From positions 12,875 through 76,874 of the IMG/VR virus record IMGVR_UViG_3300032298_000540: 64,000 nucleotides of DNA. One strand, given 5' to 3'. This stretch comes from a virus. The notes beneath the pieces are model-generated. The model saw only the letters and a program-made list of their open reading frames with translations, was not told the DNA's origin and made no database searches. The stretch's first letter is position 1. Each line of letters opens with the position of its first letter. Of this stretch, positions 10,054 to 20,358 are shown piece by piece. A program made the position numbers and the translations under genes.

Positions 10054-10464
10054 ATGCTTTATCAACACACCAAAACCGGCGCTCGGATTAAAGTTATTAG
10101 TGAATGGGATAATGGCGAATGGTTCATGGTCGAAGACCAGGACGGTCGCCTTTATACCGTTTACAAGACTGAAATCAAGCCGGATGAGTCCGCTAATAAA
10201 ACGGTTAAGACTCTACAGGTAAAAGATAAAGCAGCAAAGGAAGCACCCCGTGCCTTTCCCCCAGATCATCGCTTGAATCTTAATTCAGCAACCGCTCAAA
10301 TGATTGCTGATCATATTAAAGGGATTGGTCTCAAGACAGCACGTGAGATTAAAGACATACAGATGAGTCTTTCTGGTGAAAAGTTCAGTAATCTAGATCA
10401 GTTAAAACAGATTAAACGTGTTGATTGGGACTCTGTATTTGCTGCTGATTTGGTACGTGTGTGA
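10054..10464 (+). CDS. Helix-hairpin-helix DNA-binding protein
   Basis: LNLNSATAQMIADHIKGIGLKTAREI...FSNLDQLKQI, a ComEA-like HhH pattern. Confidence 0.75.
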   Translation: MLYQHTKTGARIKVISEWDNGEWFMVEDQDGRLYTVYKTEIKPDESANKTVKTLQVKDKAAKEAPRAFPPDHRLNLNSATAQMIADHIKGIGLKTAREIKDIQMSLSGEKFSNLDQLKQIKRVDWDSVFAADLVRV

Positions 10465-10467
10465 TGT

Positions 10468-10498
10468 AAGCCCTGCTTCGGCGGGGCTTCTTCATTTT
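10468..10498 (+). terminator. Intrinsic terminator after the capsid operon
   Basis: AAGCCCTGC-TTCG-GCGGGGCTT followed by CTTCATTTT. Confidence 0.75.
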
Positions 10499-10520
10499 AG
10501 AATTGAAATAAAGTAGTAAA

Positions 10521-11252
10521 ATGACAAATTCAGGTGGTAGGTTTTTTGTAGGCAATATTGGCAGTACTGGTACAGCCACTGGTCCTCATATTCATAAATA
10601 TGTCAAGGATTTAAAGACAGGTTCTTATATTGATCCATCGACAATTAAAAGCGCTTTAACCGGGATTCAGATAGGAGAGAAAAGAACTCCTTTGGTTAGA
10701 CGTACCTCTACAGGTGGTTTTGAGTGGAATCCTGATACAGGATTAGTAGTTACCTCACCGTTTGGCCGAAGGACAGCACCAACGGCAGGAGCATCGACTG
10801 ATCATAGAGGCATCGATTTTGGTGGCACAGCTGGAACACCAGTTTATTTACAAGGTTATGGTAAAGCTTTACCTGTACCATCAGCAGGTGGTTACGGTAA
10901 CTTAATGACGTTTAAAACAGCAGATAATAAATATGAATTAGGTTTTGGTCATATGAGTAAGCTGGGACCAGAAGCCCAAATATATGCATCAAATTTAAAC
11001 ACAAAGCCAACGGCACCTGCATTACCAGCATCTGATTTTGCTGTTTACAATCAGGGACAGCAAGCAGGACAAGGGTTAGGTGCCTTAGCAACATTAGGTT
11101 TTATGAGTAAATTATTAGGAGATGCAAAAAGCAGTAGGAGTAGTTCTAGTGGTTTGTATAGTAGTTTAATAGGATCTTTATTAAAACCTGAACAAAATAC
11201 AACTACTGATTTCTTGATGAACTATATGATGAATAATCCTTATGAAGTATAA
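10521..11252 (+). CDS. M23-family peptidase, circularly permuted
   Basis: GSTGTATGPHIH lies at the N-terminus; TSPFGRR..HRGIDFG..GGYGN..GHMS lie downstream. Confidence 0.8.
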   Translation: MTNSGGRFFVGNIGSTGTATGPHIHKYVKDLKTGSYIDPSTIKSALTGIQIGEKRTPLVRRTSTGGFEWNPDTGLVVTSPFGRRTAPTAGASTDHRGIDFGGTAGTPVYLQGYGKALPVPSAGGYGNLMTFKTADNKYELGFGHMSKLGPEAQIYASNLNTKPTAPALPASDFAVYNQGQQAGQGLGALATLGFMSKLLGDAKSSRSSSSGLYSSLIGSLLKPEQNTTTDFLMNYMMNNPYEV

Positions 11253-11297
11253 GGTTGATTTATTACACCTATAATAAAAGAATGATGGTAACAAGAA

Positions 11298-11759
11298 GTG
11301 CAGCTATCTGATTTTGATAAAAGTAGAGTAAGGTATCATCTAGGGTATTTTACTGTTTCTATTCCAGCGGGAGACTACGCTCGTCTAGAAGAAGCATTGA
11401 ATACTGTACCAGATTCTTATTTCTACAATAAGATCACTATTCAGATTGGGCGTTGTGATACAGCTGAAAAGAAAACTGAAGTTGCAACATCTCCTTCCAC
11501 AAGGATTGAAAGCATCCTTGGAGACGTAGACCGTACTATCCGATCTTCTAATGCAAAAGAAGCCCTTAAAGTATGGGATGAAATATACTTGTATGAAACA
11601 AATCGGCTAGCAATGATTCTTTATGTACCAAATTATAAAGATCCATTCCAAGCACGTTATCGTTATGAACGTTCAGGTGCTGAATATATTCAAGCATTAC
11701 CTGGACCCGCTGATACTGCCGTAGGTAGTAATCTTTATCTTCACGTAAACCATAGGTAG
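11298..11759 (+). CDS. Putative head-tail adaptor
   Basis: Position; N-terminal L(S)DFDKSRVRYHLGY helix pattern. Confidence 0.5.
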   Translation: MQLSDFDKSRVRYHLGYFTVSIPAGDYARLEEALNTVPDSYFYNKITIQIGRCDTAEKKTEVATSPSTRIESILGDVDRTIRSSNAKEALKVWDEIYLYETNRLAMILYVPNYKDPFQARYRYERSGAEYIQALPGPADTAVGSNLYLHVNHR

Positions 11760-11763
11760 TATC

Positions 11764-12582
11764 ATGAATCCAGTTCAAAAATTATTACAAAGTATTTCAG
11801 GATCAGGTATTCAACGTGTTGCTGAATCTCTTCTTCCAAAACAAGCATTTAATCCCATTGGCGGTGTGGGTGGTTTAATTCAAAATTTAAATAAATTAAC
11901 ACCAGCGGGTGCAGTAAAGCCAGGACTTAAACTTGGAGGTACTATCACAGGAATAGGGGATGTAATACTGACAGGATACAAAGGATCTGTACAACAAAAC
12001 GAATTAGGAGGACTTCTTTCTCCTACAGGAGCTGCCTACGGTGCAGCACGTATGCTTACAGGAGGTCCCTTTTCGCTATTACCTGAAATAATGGATATAA
12101 AAATACCACGAACTTCAGGTACACAAACAAAAAAAGGGACATTAGATACAGGACGTTACATCCCTGGCGACCAACAAAAAACTATTTTTACAAAACAATT
12201 TGATCCAGCACCTCCCGTTACTACTCCTCCTGTTAATACAGGATCTACGCAAGCAGGTACTCTAAACACTGGTATAGGATCACCAGATCAACGACGTGTA
12301 ATAGAAGAACGTAATTATCAAACTCAATTAAGTAATGCTAAACAACAATATGCCACACCTGATCCTATGTCTTCAGACTTTCAAGGATATCCAAATGAAT
12401 TAGCTGCTCAGTATGGATTAGAGCAATCCTACGGACAAGAATTAAAACAAGCTGGAACCTTAGTACCCCAGTTACAAGAAGCAGGAGCAGGCGCTGGTAT
12501 GACACCTGAAAACTTTGCAGCCTGGGCTAAAGCTAATCCAGGACTTGCTGTACGTTTACTAAGTCAAGGACAAAGAAACTAA
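11764..12582 (+). CDS. Hypothetical (possible internal virion protein)
   Basis: 272-aa Gly/Thr/Gln-rich ORF. Confidence 0.55.
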   Translation: MNPVQKLLQSISGSGIQRVAESLLPKQAFNPIGGVGGLIQNLNKLTPAGAVKPGLKLGGTITGIGDVILTGYKGSVQQNELGGLLSPTGAAYGAARMLTGGPFSLLPEIMDIKIPRTSGTQTKKGTLDTGRYIPGDQQKTIFTKQFDPAPPVTTPPVNTGSTQAGTLNTGIGSPDQRRVIEERNYQTQLSNAKQQYATPDPMSSDFQGYPNELAAQYGLEQSYGQELKQAGTLVPQLQEAGAGAGMTPENFAAWAKANPGLAVRLLSQGQRN

Positions 12583-12583
12583 A

Positions 12584-13249
12584 ATGGCACCTAACGTTAT
12601 TAGTCCACAAGCGGCTGCTCTTTTAAGAGTTATCCGCCACGCAGAAGGAACTGCTGGTCCAAAGGGATATTCTACGATGTTTGGTGGAGGTCAATTTGAT
12701 CCATCAAAAGGACATCCAGATCGAGTTGTAAAAAGTGGTGGGTATTCTTCAGCCGCAGCAGGTGCGTACCAATTTATGCCAGATACCTGGAGAGGCGTGT
12801 CAAGTAAACTTAAACTTCCAGACTTCTCTCCCGGTTCACAAGATTTAGGTGCCTTACAGTTAATTAGAGCACGTGGTGTAAATCCAGATCAGCCATTAAC
12901 ACCGCAAAGTTTAAATAAATTAGCCCCTGAGTGGGCATCTTTACCTACACTAAAAGGTACTAGTTACTATGGACAACCTGTAAAAGCTGTTAAAGAATTA
13001 TTAAATATATATCAACAAAATTTGAATCCTGATCCTTCTTCTGTACCAAAGAAACCACAACAACTGTCACAAGCACCAGACACTCTAAGACAAGTTTCAG
13101 CCGGTAACTTATTCGGAGGAATGACAATGGAAAGCCTTATGAAACAAGGCATACAAGAAGAACTTTTAACTAATTTGATTCAACCAGAAGAAGATAAAAC
13201 CAATTTATTTGCTCAACTTTTAAATCAAACTAGACCATATTACAGTTGA
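12584..13249 (+). CDS. Lambda R-like lytic transglycosylase (GH104) with C-terminal extension
   Basis: AEGT, SAAAGAYQFMPDTW, SQDLGALQLI and LAPEWASLP motifs. Confidence 0.85.
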   Translation: MAPNVISPQAAALLRVIRHAEGTAGPKGYSTMFGGGQFDPSKGHPDRVVKSGGYSSAAAGAYQFMPDTWRGVSSKLKLPDFSPGSQDLGALQLIRARGVNPDQPLTPQSLNKLAPEWASLPTLKGTSYYGQPVKAVKELLNIYQQNLNPDPSSVPKKPQQLSQAPDTLRQVSAGNLFGGMTMESLMKQGIQEELLTNLIQPEEDKTNLFAQLLNQTRPYYS

Positions 13250-13289
13250 ATAAGCTAGAATTTAAATACGAAGAATTAAGGTAAGGAAC

Positions 13290-14075
13290 TTGTCATCTAC
13301 TTCCACGAATAAACAACCTCTGTTTATTGATCGTCCTTTATTTGATACAGTTCGTGTAACGACACAAACAGTTGGTAGTGCAGGTTCTAATACATTAGAA
13401 GTTCAAGGGGGACAAGCTCCTTCTATTCTTGTTGATGTAGATGCTGCTCTTAGTGATGATACAAATAATGGTGTTGTTATAGACGCTATTACAATTACTC
13501 GCAGTGATTTTTATCGTCCTGCGGACTACACTCTGAGTGCAAGTACATCAGGTACGGTTGTTTCAATTGCAAGTGGTCAAATTGTTAATGTAACAACAAC
13601 AGGAAGTTTCACTGGTGCAGGTGTTGTTGAGAGCGGTGTTGGTCATTACACATATACAGGATCAACTACATTAACTGGCGTTAATACAACACTTCGTTAT
13701 TCAGGGGGTACTTCTTCAGGCTTTACATATAAAGGTGTATCTTATGGGCAACAACCTGCTGTAACTTTTGTCTTTTACCAAACACGGGGTACAACAGTAC
13801 CGATCCCTGCTTCTTTTGATTATCATATATTGTTTTCTAAGACTGTTACTGATGGGGTCGATACAATCGATTGTTCAGATGTAATGCCTCAGTTAGCGGC
13901 TCCTGTCATGTCAGCGGGTAATACCAGTGGGTTAGGTAGTACTGCACCACTACGTAATAAAGGAATCTACCTGGAACGGGGCGACCGTTTATACGTAGGT
14001 GTTTTTCCTGATGGGCCTAATGTTGGCGGGTATACTCCAGGGGCATATGTGTACGCACAAGGTGGCTTCTTCTAA
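13290..14075 (+). CDS. Structural protein (tail-associated)
   Basis: Thr/Gly/Ser-rich beta protein; TTG start. Confidence 0.55.
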   Translation: MSSTSTNKQPLFIDRPLFDTVRVTTQTVGSAGSNTLEVQGGQAPSILVDVDAALSDDTNNGVVIDAITITRSDFYRPADYTLSASTSGTVVSIASGQIVNVTTTGSFTGAGVVESGVGHYTYTGSTTLTGVNTTLRYSGGTSSGFTYKGVSYGQQPAVTFVFYQTRGTTVPIPASFDYHILFSKTVTDGVDTIDCSDVMPQLAAPVMSAGNTSGLGSTAPLRNKGIYLERGDRLYVGVFPDGPNVGGYTPGAYVYAQGGFF

Positions 14076-14077
14076 TA

Positions 14078-15646
14078 ATGCCTTTTAAAGGTAATGATAA
14101 TTTTGGATTCTTTGGTAGACCAAAAGATTTTAAACCTTTTGAAATAAAGCCGATCACCACAGAATTTTCACAAGGTGGTGTCCCAGGTTCAATTACTGTA
14201 TTAAACAGAGAATCAGCATGGGCTAGATGGCGCCGTGGTTATGAAATATACTCTTCTAATATCTATAACAATCCATATGAATTTAAATTTATTTATAACA
14301 TTCCCTTTCCTTCTGGGACGATAACTCCCTCCGGTTCCAATCCGACATCTATCGTCTCAGGTGCATTTAAAGGTTTTCCAACTCGAACAAAAGAATTTGG
14401 AATGCACTGGACTGGATTAAGACGAGGGGGAAATATGCGTACAGATAATCTACTTGATTCAGCTGGCACCAGGCTTTCTATCGCAGGTGTAACAGAAGAT
14501 TCTTCTTATTGGTATGTACAATTAGCCGGAACCTGGAGTTCAGGTAATCCTTTACCTTCTCCTTTATTTGCCACGGTATCCGGTATAACAACACCTTTGA
14601 AACCAACTAATGGTGAAATACTAGAAGATAGAATTCTCACTGTTAGTGGTGAAGTGCTGACACCTGATTCTATTAATCCAGATACACAAAGAAGATATGG
14701 TTATGTCCAGGCTGTCTTGGCAGATGTCATTGAAGACACAGGCGTCCTAAAACTAAAAAAAGCAGGATCAGTAGAAGTAACACCTGATAAACAATTCTTA
14801 ACCCCCTCGACAAAACCTCCTGCTATTGGACGATTCCTGTTGACAGGTAATAGGTATGCTTGTACGTGTCAAGATTTTACACGCAGGGAATATACCTTCA
14901 TGACAACAATCAATGATACAAGTAAAACCAAAAGAAGAAAATATTTTCCTCACTCTAGTGTTGCTTCTGTTAAGCCAGGAAGACACGAAGATACTTTAAG
15001 TGACGGCGTATATAACAATAATGCAATGGTAACATCTTTAGAAAATAGATCTTTGAATGTAGAAGCGCCTGCTGCATTGTTTGTACTACCGGATTCAATT
15101 GCAACATCAGCAGTAAACCGCCTATCAACAAGGGATAACCCTGGTATATATCAAGATTTTGGAGCTACGTATAAACGTAATATAGAAGCCCCATCGCTCC
15201 CTGGTAACAAACCAGATGGCTTACCTGTATATGAAGACTACACTGCTTCGCAAGATGTCATAACTTCGTTAGGAGATTATTGGGAACCAGTATTAGACGA
15301 AATGCGTTATTGCAAACATGTCTATGCACTTAAGTTTGCAGAGAGAGTATTTCCTCCTGAACCTTCCGATTATCCTGTTGAGTATGAATCAATGGCGGAA
15401 TGGGAACAAACCTTGGTGCAAGAAGCAGAAAGTAATCAACAAAAATATGAAACGTTTCAAGTAACCAAAAATTCTTTAAGCTATATGGATGTTCCTCCTT
15501 ATAATTGCCAGTCCCCAACTGTTGCACCCATGCTGCAAAAATTATTTAATATTCCTAATCAAATTGTATTTTTATCAGGGTTCACCATGATAGACAAGAC
15601 AGGGCGCACATATGTACCAGCCTCAGGTGAAAAACCTTCTCTTTAG
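14078..15646 (+). CDS. Hypothetical protein with split SWIM-like zinc motif
   Basis: YACTCQDF and YCKHVYAL separated by about 145 aa. Confidence 0.55.
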   Translation: MPFKGNDNFGFFGRPKDFKPFEIKPITTEFSQGGVPGSITVLNRESAWARWRRGYEIYSSNIYNNPYEFKFIYNIPFPSGTITPSGSNPTSIVSGAFKGFPTRTKEFGMHWTGLRRGGNMRTDNLLDSAGTRLSIAGVTEDSSYWYVQLAGTWSSGNPLPSPLFATVSGITTPLKPTNGEILEDRILTVSGEVLTPDSINPDTQRRYGYVQAVLADVIEDTGVLKLKKAGSVEVTPDKQFLTPSTKPPAIGRFLLTGNRYACTCQDFTRREYTFMTTINDTSKTKRRKYFPHSSVASVKPGRHEDTLSDGVYNNNAMVTSLENRSLNVEAPAALFVLPDSIATSAVNRLSTRDNPGIYQDFGATYKRNIEAPSLPGNKPDGLPVYEDYTASQDVITSLGDYWEPVLDEMRYCKHVYALKFAERVFPPEPSDYPVEYESMAEWEQTLVQEAESNQQKYETFQVTKNSLSYMDVPPYNCQSPTVAPMLQKLFNIPNQIVFLSGFTMIDKTGRTYVPASGEKPSL

Positions 15647-15759
15647 CGTTTTGTAGTATAATACAACAAAGGTTAAAACCTTGTAAGTTTAAGGGCCGAC
15701 AAATCTTGTATTCAGGGTCGGTTCTGTCTATAGTCCAGGTAAAAATATGATCCCCTCCC

Positions 15760-16185
15760 ATGACCCACGTAATTTCCCCTCCTCTAGATCAGAGGATAGT
15801 TGACGATTTTTTCCAGCTGGCACAAAGCAGAAAAACCTATAAGCTAGCCTGGTTCTATGGAATGCTTGCAACCTTTGGTGTAAAAGCTGAACATCTCTGG
15901 GGGTTTACTTGGAACCCAGATGGTACTATCAACATTCAAAACAAAAAGAAACCGATTCGACCCATGCATCCGCAGTGGGTTTTCTTGTTTCAACTAAAAG
16001 AAAAACAGCCTTCAGATCTTGAAGACTGTTGGAAAGATGCTTGGTTACTAATCTATAAAGCAATGGCATGCAAAGAAGTTCAATGCAATGTGTTTGAACT
16101 ACTCCTGGCCTACAAGATGCGTAAAGCCTTCTACAAGCCTGCTAAACCATCGAAGGTACTAGAACCTGCTCTTGCTTGCTCATAG
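15760..16185 (+). CDS. Degenerate tyrosine-recombinase (integrase) catalytic-domain homolog
   Basis: YGMLATFGVK, PMHPQWV and FELLLAYKMR resemble the cyanobacterial integrase segments YGMLATYGLR, PLHPEWV and YDLRHAYAIR. Confidence 0.55.
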   Translation: MTHVISPPLDQRIVDDFFQLAQSRKTYKLAWFYGMLATFGVKAEHLWGFTWNPDGTINIQNKKKPIRPMHPQWVFLFQLKEKQPSDLEDCWKDAWLLIYKAMACKEVQCNVFELLLAYKMRKAFYKPAKPSKVLEPALACS

Positions 16186-16369
16186 TCTTCTGAACAGCTC
16201 TGCGGTTCCATAGGTAACTTCCCCTGGAGTACGTCTTACCTTTAAAAGCAGCATAGTGACGCCCAAGCTTTAGCGTTCCATCATCCATCATGCTAATTAG
16301 CTTGGTGCGAGGAACTTCAAGCGTTTCTGCCATTTGATTGGTTGTCAACCATCCAGTGGGTGTGCACAT
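16142..16369 (-). CDS. Excisionase/MerR-like HTH protein
   Basis: WLTTNQMAETLEVPRTKL..MMDDGTLKLGRHY; start moved to ATG 16369. Confidence 0.6.
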   Translation of the reverse strand: MCTPTGWLTTNQMAETLEVPRTKLISMMDDGTLKLGRHYAAFKGKTYSRGSYLWNRRAVQKTMSKQEQVLVPSMV

Positions 16370-16505
16370 AAAATAAAAGGCCTTGTACATGTTTACGATA
16401 CACAAAAGGACACCTGATAGCAAGGATTTAATAAAGGTTTTATAAGTTTACTATTCGTCACAGAGATTGGGCTATCTTAAAATTAGGTAATGGCAATTAT
16501 AGAGT

Positions 16506-16886
16506 ATGTTCGCAACAGAGCATGACCCTCTCGCCCTACTGGTTGAATTAACACCAAAGCTTGCCAAAAGACGTTTTCGAGAAGAGATATACAAATCCTG
16601 GGACCACTGCTGTGGTTATTGTGGGGCTACTGCAACTAGTCTTGACCACATAATTCCCCGCTTTAGGTCTGGCTCTAGTAATAGAAACAATCTTTTACCT
16701 TCTTGCCAGCAATGCAATAACCATAAAGGCAGTAGTAAAATGGAGGAATGGTATATGTCTCAAGCCTTTTTTAGTGATGATAAACTACAAAAAATTAAAG
16801 ATTGGAGAAATCAAGAAGTTCTTGACCTTTTCCAGTACACTAGTGATTATATTATTAATGAATTAAACAATAAAAATGCCTCCTGA
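16506..16886 (+). CDS. HNH endonuclease
   Basis: CGYCG, LDHIIP and NLLPSCQQCNNHKG. Confidence 0.9.
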   Translation: MFATEHDPLALLVELTPKLAKRRFREEIYKSWDHCCGYCGATATSLDHIIPRFRSGSSNRNNLLPSCQQCNNHKGSSKMEEWYMSQAFFSDDKLQKIKDWRNQEVLDLFQYTSDYIINELNNKNAS

Positions 16887-19800
16887 TTTTAATTGGCAGA
16901 GTTATCTAAACGCTAATCCGGATGTAGCTAATGCATTGGGGTACAGTGAAGATGCTGCTGTCAACCATTACTTAAATCATGGGCAATATGAAAATAGACC
17001 TTTAAGTTTTGATTGGCAAAGTTATTTAAACGCTAATCCTGATGTATCTAATGCACTGGGGTACAGTGAAGATGCTGCTATCAAGCACTACAGAGAATAT
17101 GGATACAAAGAAAACCGTCAGTTAAGTGGCCCTCCTCCTCCTACACCTACTACACCTACTACACCTACTACACCTACACCTCCCCCCACACCTACGCCTC
17201 CTAATGTTTCAATAGGAACAATAGGTTCACGTATACCTGCATCTGAGATAGCACCGACAACAGCACCTTTGATTTATCAAGGGGTGACTATTCCTGTATA
17301 TACTCAAAACAATATAGAACCTAATCTTGTTTATGATAAAACAAATAAAAAATGGATTAAAACTTCAGGTACAACAGATAATAAAACAGATCATGTAACA
17401 AATAACAAAACGGATTATCCAGCTGCTTACAGAACGGATTATAAAACAAATTACAGAATAGATTATATAACAGATTATAAAACAGACTATAAAACAGATT
17501 ACCAAACAAATTTACCTACAGACGCACCTACTAATAACGCTGCACAATATCAAACAGCAATTAATAATTATTTACAAGCAGGAGGGAAACAAAGCGGCCC
17601 AGCATGGACCAACATACAAAACACTAAAAAAAACTTAGAAGCAACAGATAAAAATAATGCAACTGCAAATCAAAATAACGCAGAGGCAAACGCAAGAAAC
17701 GATCAATTAAACAAAGAAAACGCAAGTGCAAATAACACAAATACTACAACTAATACAGAGAATAGAAAAATAAATGAAGAAAACAGACAATTAAATAGCA
17801 ATAATGAAAGGGCCAACAATGATAATTTTAAAGCAAATGAAGAAAATAAAAAAACAAATGAAAACAATAAAATAGCAAATCAAAAAGGACAAGATTTTAA
17901 TCAGCAAAATACTAATTTAAATAATCAAAATACCAAAAATAATCAAGCTTTTGATAAAACTTATTCCATTGCAGCTAATACAACAGGTGGTGATTACTTA
18001 GAAAAAAGAAACATGATAAGGCAACTTGAAAAAGAAGGTTTAATTAATGAAACAACAAAAAATAAATTAGAAACTGATTTTAAAACGTTTTATAGCAATG
18101 AAAAATTAACTCCGTGGGATCCAAAAACAGCAGCTAAACCACCCTCTCCTGGTGGAACAAAGGAATTAGATCTTGCTTTCTATGCTAAACAAGTTCCCTC
18201 ATTAACATCTCAATGGGCAGAAGCTGTCATTAATGATGATTTAGATATTGTAGGAAGGTATAACAATAATTGGAAAGATTACTTTTCTGCTCATTACACA
18301 ACACAAGGAAGACTAAATGGTATCCGAGGATATGAAGAAGAATCAACAGATAGAGCAGATGATTATGTAGAGACACCAACAGACTTAGATAAACAACGCG
18401 TCATGGATGCGACGCTTGGTGCAGGTACAGCTTTTGATACATTAATTAAATCAATATTAGGTCCAAAGGAAGAAGAAGAGACTAAACAGTATTCAGCATT
18501 AGTAGAAAACACATTAAAAGATACGATTGCAAAATTGAACAAAGTTAAAAATCAAGAATTACAATGGGACCTTTACCGTAATCTAGATGGCTTTACTGAA
18601 GTAATGGATTTAAATAAAACCTTAGCCAATTCTATTATGGGAGATTCAGGAATTGGTGGTTATTTAGCGGCAAGCGCAAAGAAAACAGAAGCTGAATTAA
18701 CAACAGATTTAGAAACACAATTAGAAAAAGCTACTGGTCTTCAAAGTAATGTTACATACAATTGGCAAAAATGGTTTGATGATCAATTAACTGAAAAATA
18801 CGGAATTGATTATAAGCAATTTCAAGCAACAGAAGATACACTTGACATCGTTAACACAGCTTTAAAAACAGATGCTACAAAAATATACGACAAGCAGGGT
18901 AAAAAATTTACGGATGAGTTTATAAAAAAAGCTGGCTTTAATACAAATGAAGCTCTTACTGAATTCTTAAACAAACAAGGAGTAACGGGGACAGATTTAT
19001 TAACTCGTTTGCAAAATCCTACTTCAAATATACAAACAGAATTAACAACTTTAAAAACAAATTTAGAAAAGAAAGTTACAGAAATAGATGCAACCAAGAA
19101 TAGAGATTTAAAATTAACATACAAAGGTGCTGATAGCATTCCAGAAGAAGTTAAAGTAGAAGCTTCGTTTGCACGTCAATTTATTGATGAATACTTAAAA
19201 CCTAGATTTGATTTTTCAAAATCTATGGATGAGTTCCGCGATTATTTAAACGTTATTGAAAAAGATAAAAACATATTTCAAACAACAGACCGTTTAACTG
19301 AAGTAAAAACGTATGCACAAAGTGTAGCAAAAGCAATAGCTCCGGATTTAAACACACGTTTTAATTATGCTTTTGGACAAACAGAAGAGGGAGGAACAGA
19401 TTTTTATTTTAATCCAGTAGATAAATATGCTCCACCTGAAATGCAAGCTACTTATAAAAAACAAAAGGACATGGTAGCAAAAGATTGGGAAACAGCTAAG
19501 AATAATCCCAATGCATTAGTAAACCCAAGTATGCCGTATCTAGGAACATGGGCAGAGAATGCATACATGTACAACGTAAAAGATTTATCTAATAAAAATA
19601 ATTTTGCTAAATTACATTATCAAATTATTGGTTCTTTGCCTGCTTTTGGTTTTGACCCAGCTATGAATCCAAGCTCAGTACTAAAAGTAAAATTTGAAAG
19701 TCCTATCACAACAAAAGCAGCATCGATAGAAACAGTCTTTGGTGAGTTTACAACACCTGAAAGTTATGCTGATACAATATTAAAAAATATTGATCCTTTT

Positions 19801-20358
19801 GCAGATAAAGAAACATGGGAAAAATTATTAGAACAATATGATTTAGATGAAGATGCAACTAAAGATGAAATCAAAAAAGTAATAGTAGACGCTTTAACCT
19901 CAGGTACAGCGGAAGAAATTAGAACACGCATTAAAGAATTACAAGAATTAGAAGAGATACCAACACAAGAAAAATTAGGTGTTACCTATATAGAACGACC
20001 AGAAGATAATCTTGCGACGATAGAAAAAACTGAATTGTATAAAATTTTTAAAGATGCGGGATATACAGGCACAGAAAAAACTTTTTACACTGACTATATG
20101 ACAGATACAAGTCCAGAAGACATTAAATTATTAACTGATGCAACAAAAGGAAAAATGCCTGAATTTGATTTTACATTTGACACAAAAGATCCGGCGTCTA
20201 CATTAAGTAAATTAAAAGAATTAGAAACACCATCAACTAAAAAAACAACTGATAAAACAACTAGTTACTTTAAAATAGGATTAGATGATGAGGAAGAAGA
20301 AAAAGAAACTGATCCTGATTCCTTCCTTAGTGATTTTGCCGCCCTCTTTAAAAAATAA
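16876..20358 (+). CDS. Large repeat-rich virion protein (1160 aa)
   Basis: Two 40-aa FxWQSYLNANPDV repeats, PT linker, KTDY repeats, Asn-rich coiled coil, helical body. Confidence 0.7.
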   Translation: MPPDFNWQSYLNANPDVANALGYSEDAAVNHYLNHGQYENRPLSFDWQSYLNANPDVSNALGYSEDAAIKHYREYGYKENRQLSGPPPPTPTTPTTPTTPTPPPTPTPPNVSIGTIGSRIPASEIAPTTAPLIYQGVTIPVYTQNNIEPNLVYDKTNKKWIKTSGTTDNKTDHVTNNKTDYPAAYRTDYKTNYRIDYITDYKTDYKTDYQTNLPTDAPTNNAAQYQTAINNYLQAGGKQSGPAWTNIQNTKKNLEATDKNNATANQNNAEANARNDQLNKENASANNTNTTTNTENRKINEENRQLNSNNERANNDNFKANEENKKTNENNKIANQKGQDFNQQNTNLNNQNTKNNQAFDKTYSIAANTTGGDYLEKRNMIRQLEKEGLINETTKNKLETDFKTFYSNEKLTPWDPKTAAKPPSPGGTKELDLAFYAKQVPSLTSQWAEAVINDDLDIVGRYNNNWKDYFSAHYTTQGRLNGIRGYEEESTDRADDYVETPTDLDKQRVMDATLGAGTAFDTLIKSILGPKEEEETKQYSALVENTLKDTIAKLNKVKNQELQWDLYRNLDGFTEVMDLNKTLANSIMGDSGIGGYLAASAKKTEAELTTDLETQLEKATGLQSNVTYNWQKWFDDQLTEKYGIDYKQFQATEDTLDIVNTALKTDATKIYDKQGKKFTDEFIKKAGFNTNEALTEFLNKQGVTGTDLLTRLQNPTSNIQTELTTLKTNLEKKVTEIDATKNRDLKLTYKGADSIPEEVKVEASFARQFIDEYLKPRFDFSKSMDEFRDYLNVIEKDKNIFQTTDRLTEVKTYAQSVAKAIAPDLNTRFNYAFGQTEEGGTDFYFNPVDKYAPPEMQATYKKQKDMVAKDWETAKNNPNALVNPSMPYLGTWAENAYMYNVKDLSNKNNFAKLHYQIIGSLPAFGFDPAMNPSSVLKVKFESPITTKAASIETVFGEFTTPESYADTILKNIDPFADKETWEKLLEQYDLDEDATKDEIKKVIVDALTSGTAEEIRTRIKELQELEEIPTQEKLGVTYIERPEDNLATIEKTELYKIFKDAGYTGTEKTFYTDYMTDTSPEDIKLLTDATKGKMPEFDFTFDTKDPASTLSKLKELETPSTKKTTDKTTSYFKIGLDDEEEEKETDPDSFLSDFAALFKK
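16888..17127 (+). repeat. 120-bp tandem duplication encoding FxWQSYLNANPDV..HY...G..ENR repeats
   Basis: Near-identical DNA starting at 16888 and 17008. Confidence 0.85.
17141..17200 (+). repeat. 9-bp coding microsatellite (CCTACTACA)n encoding a PTT linker
   Basis: cctacacctactacacctactacacctactacacct. Confidence 0.8.
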
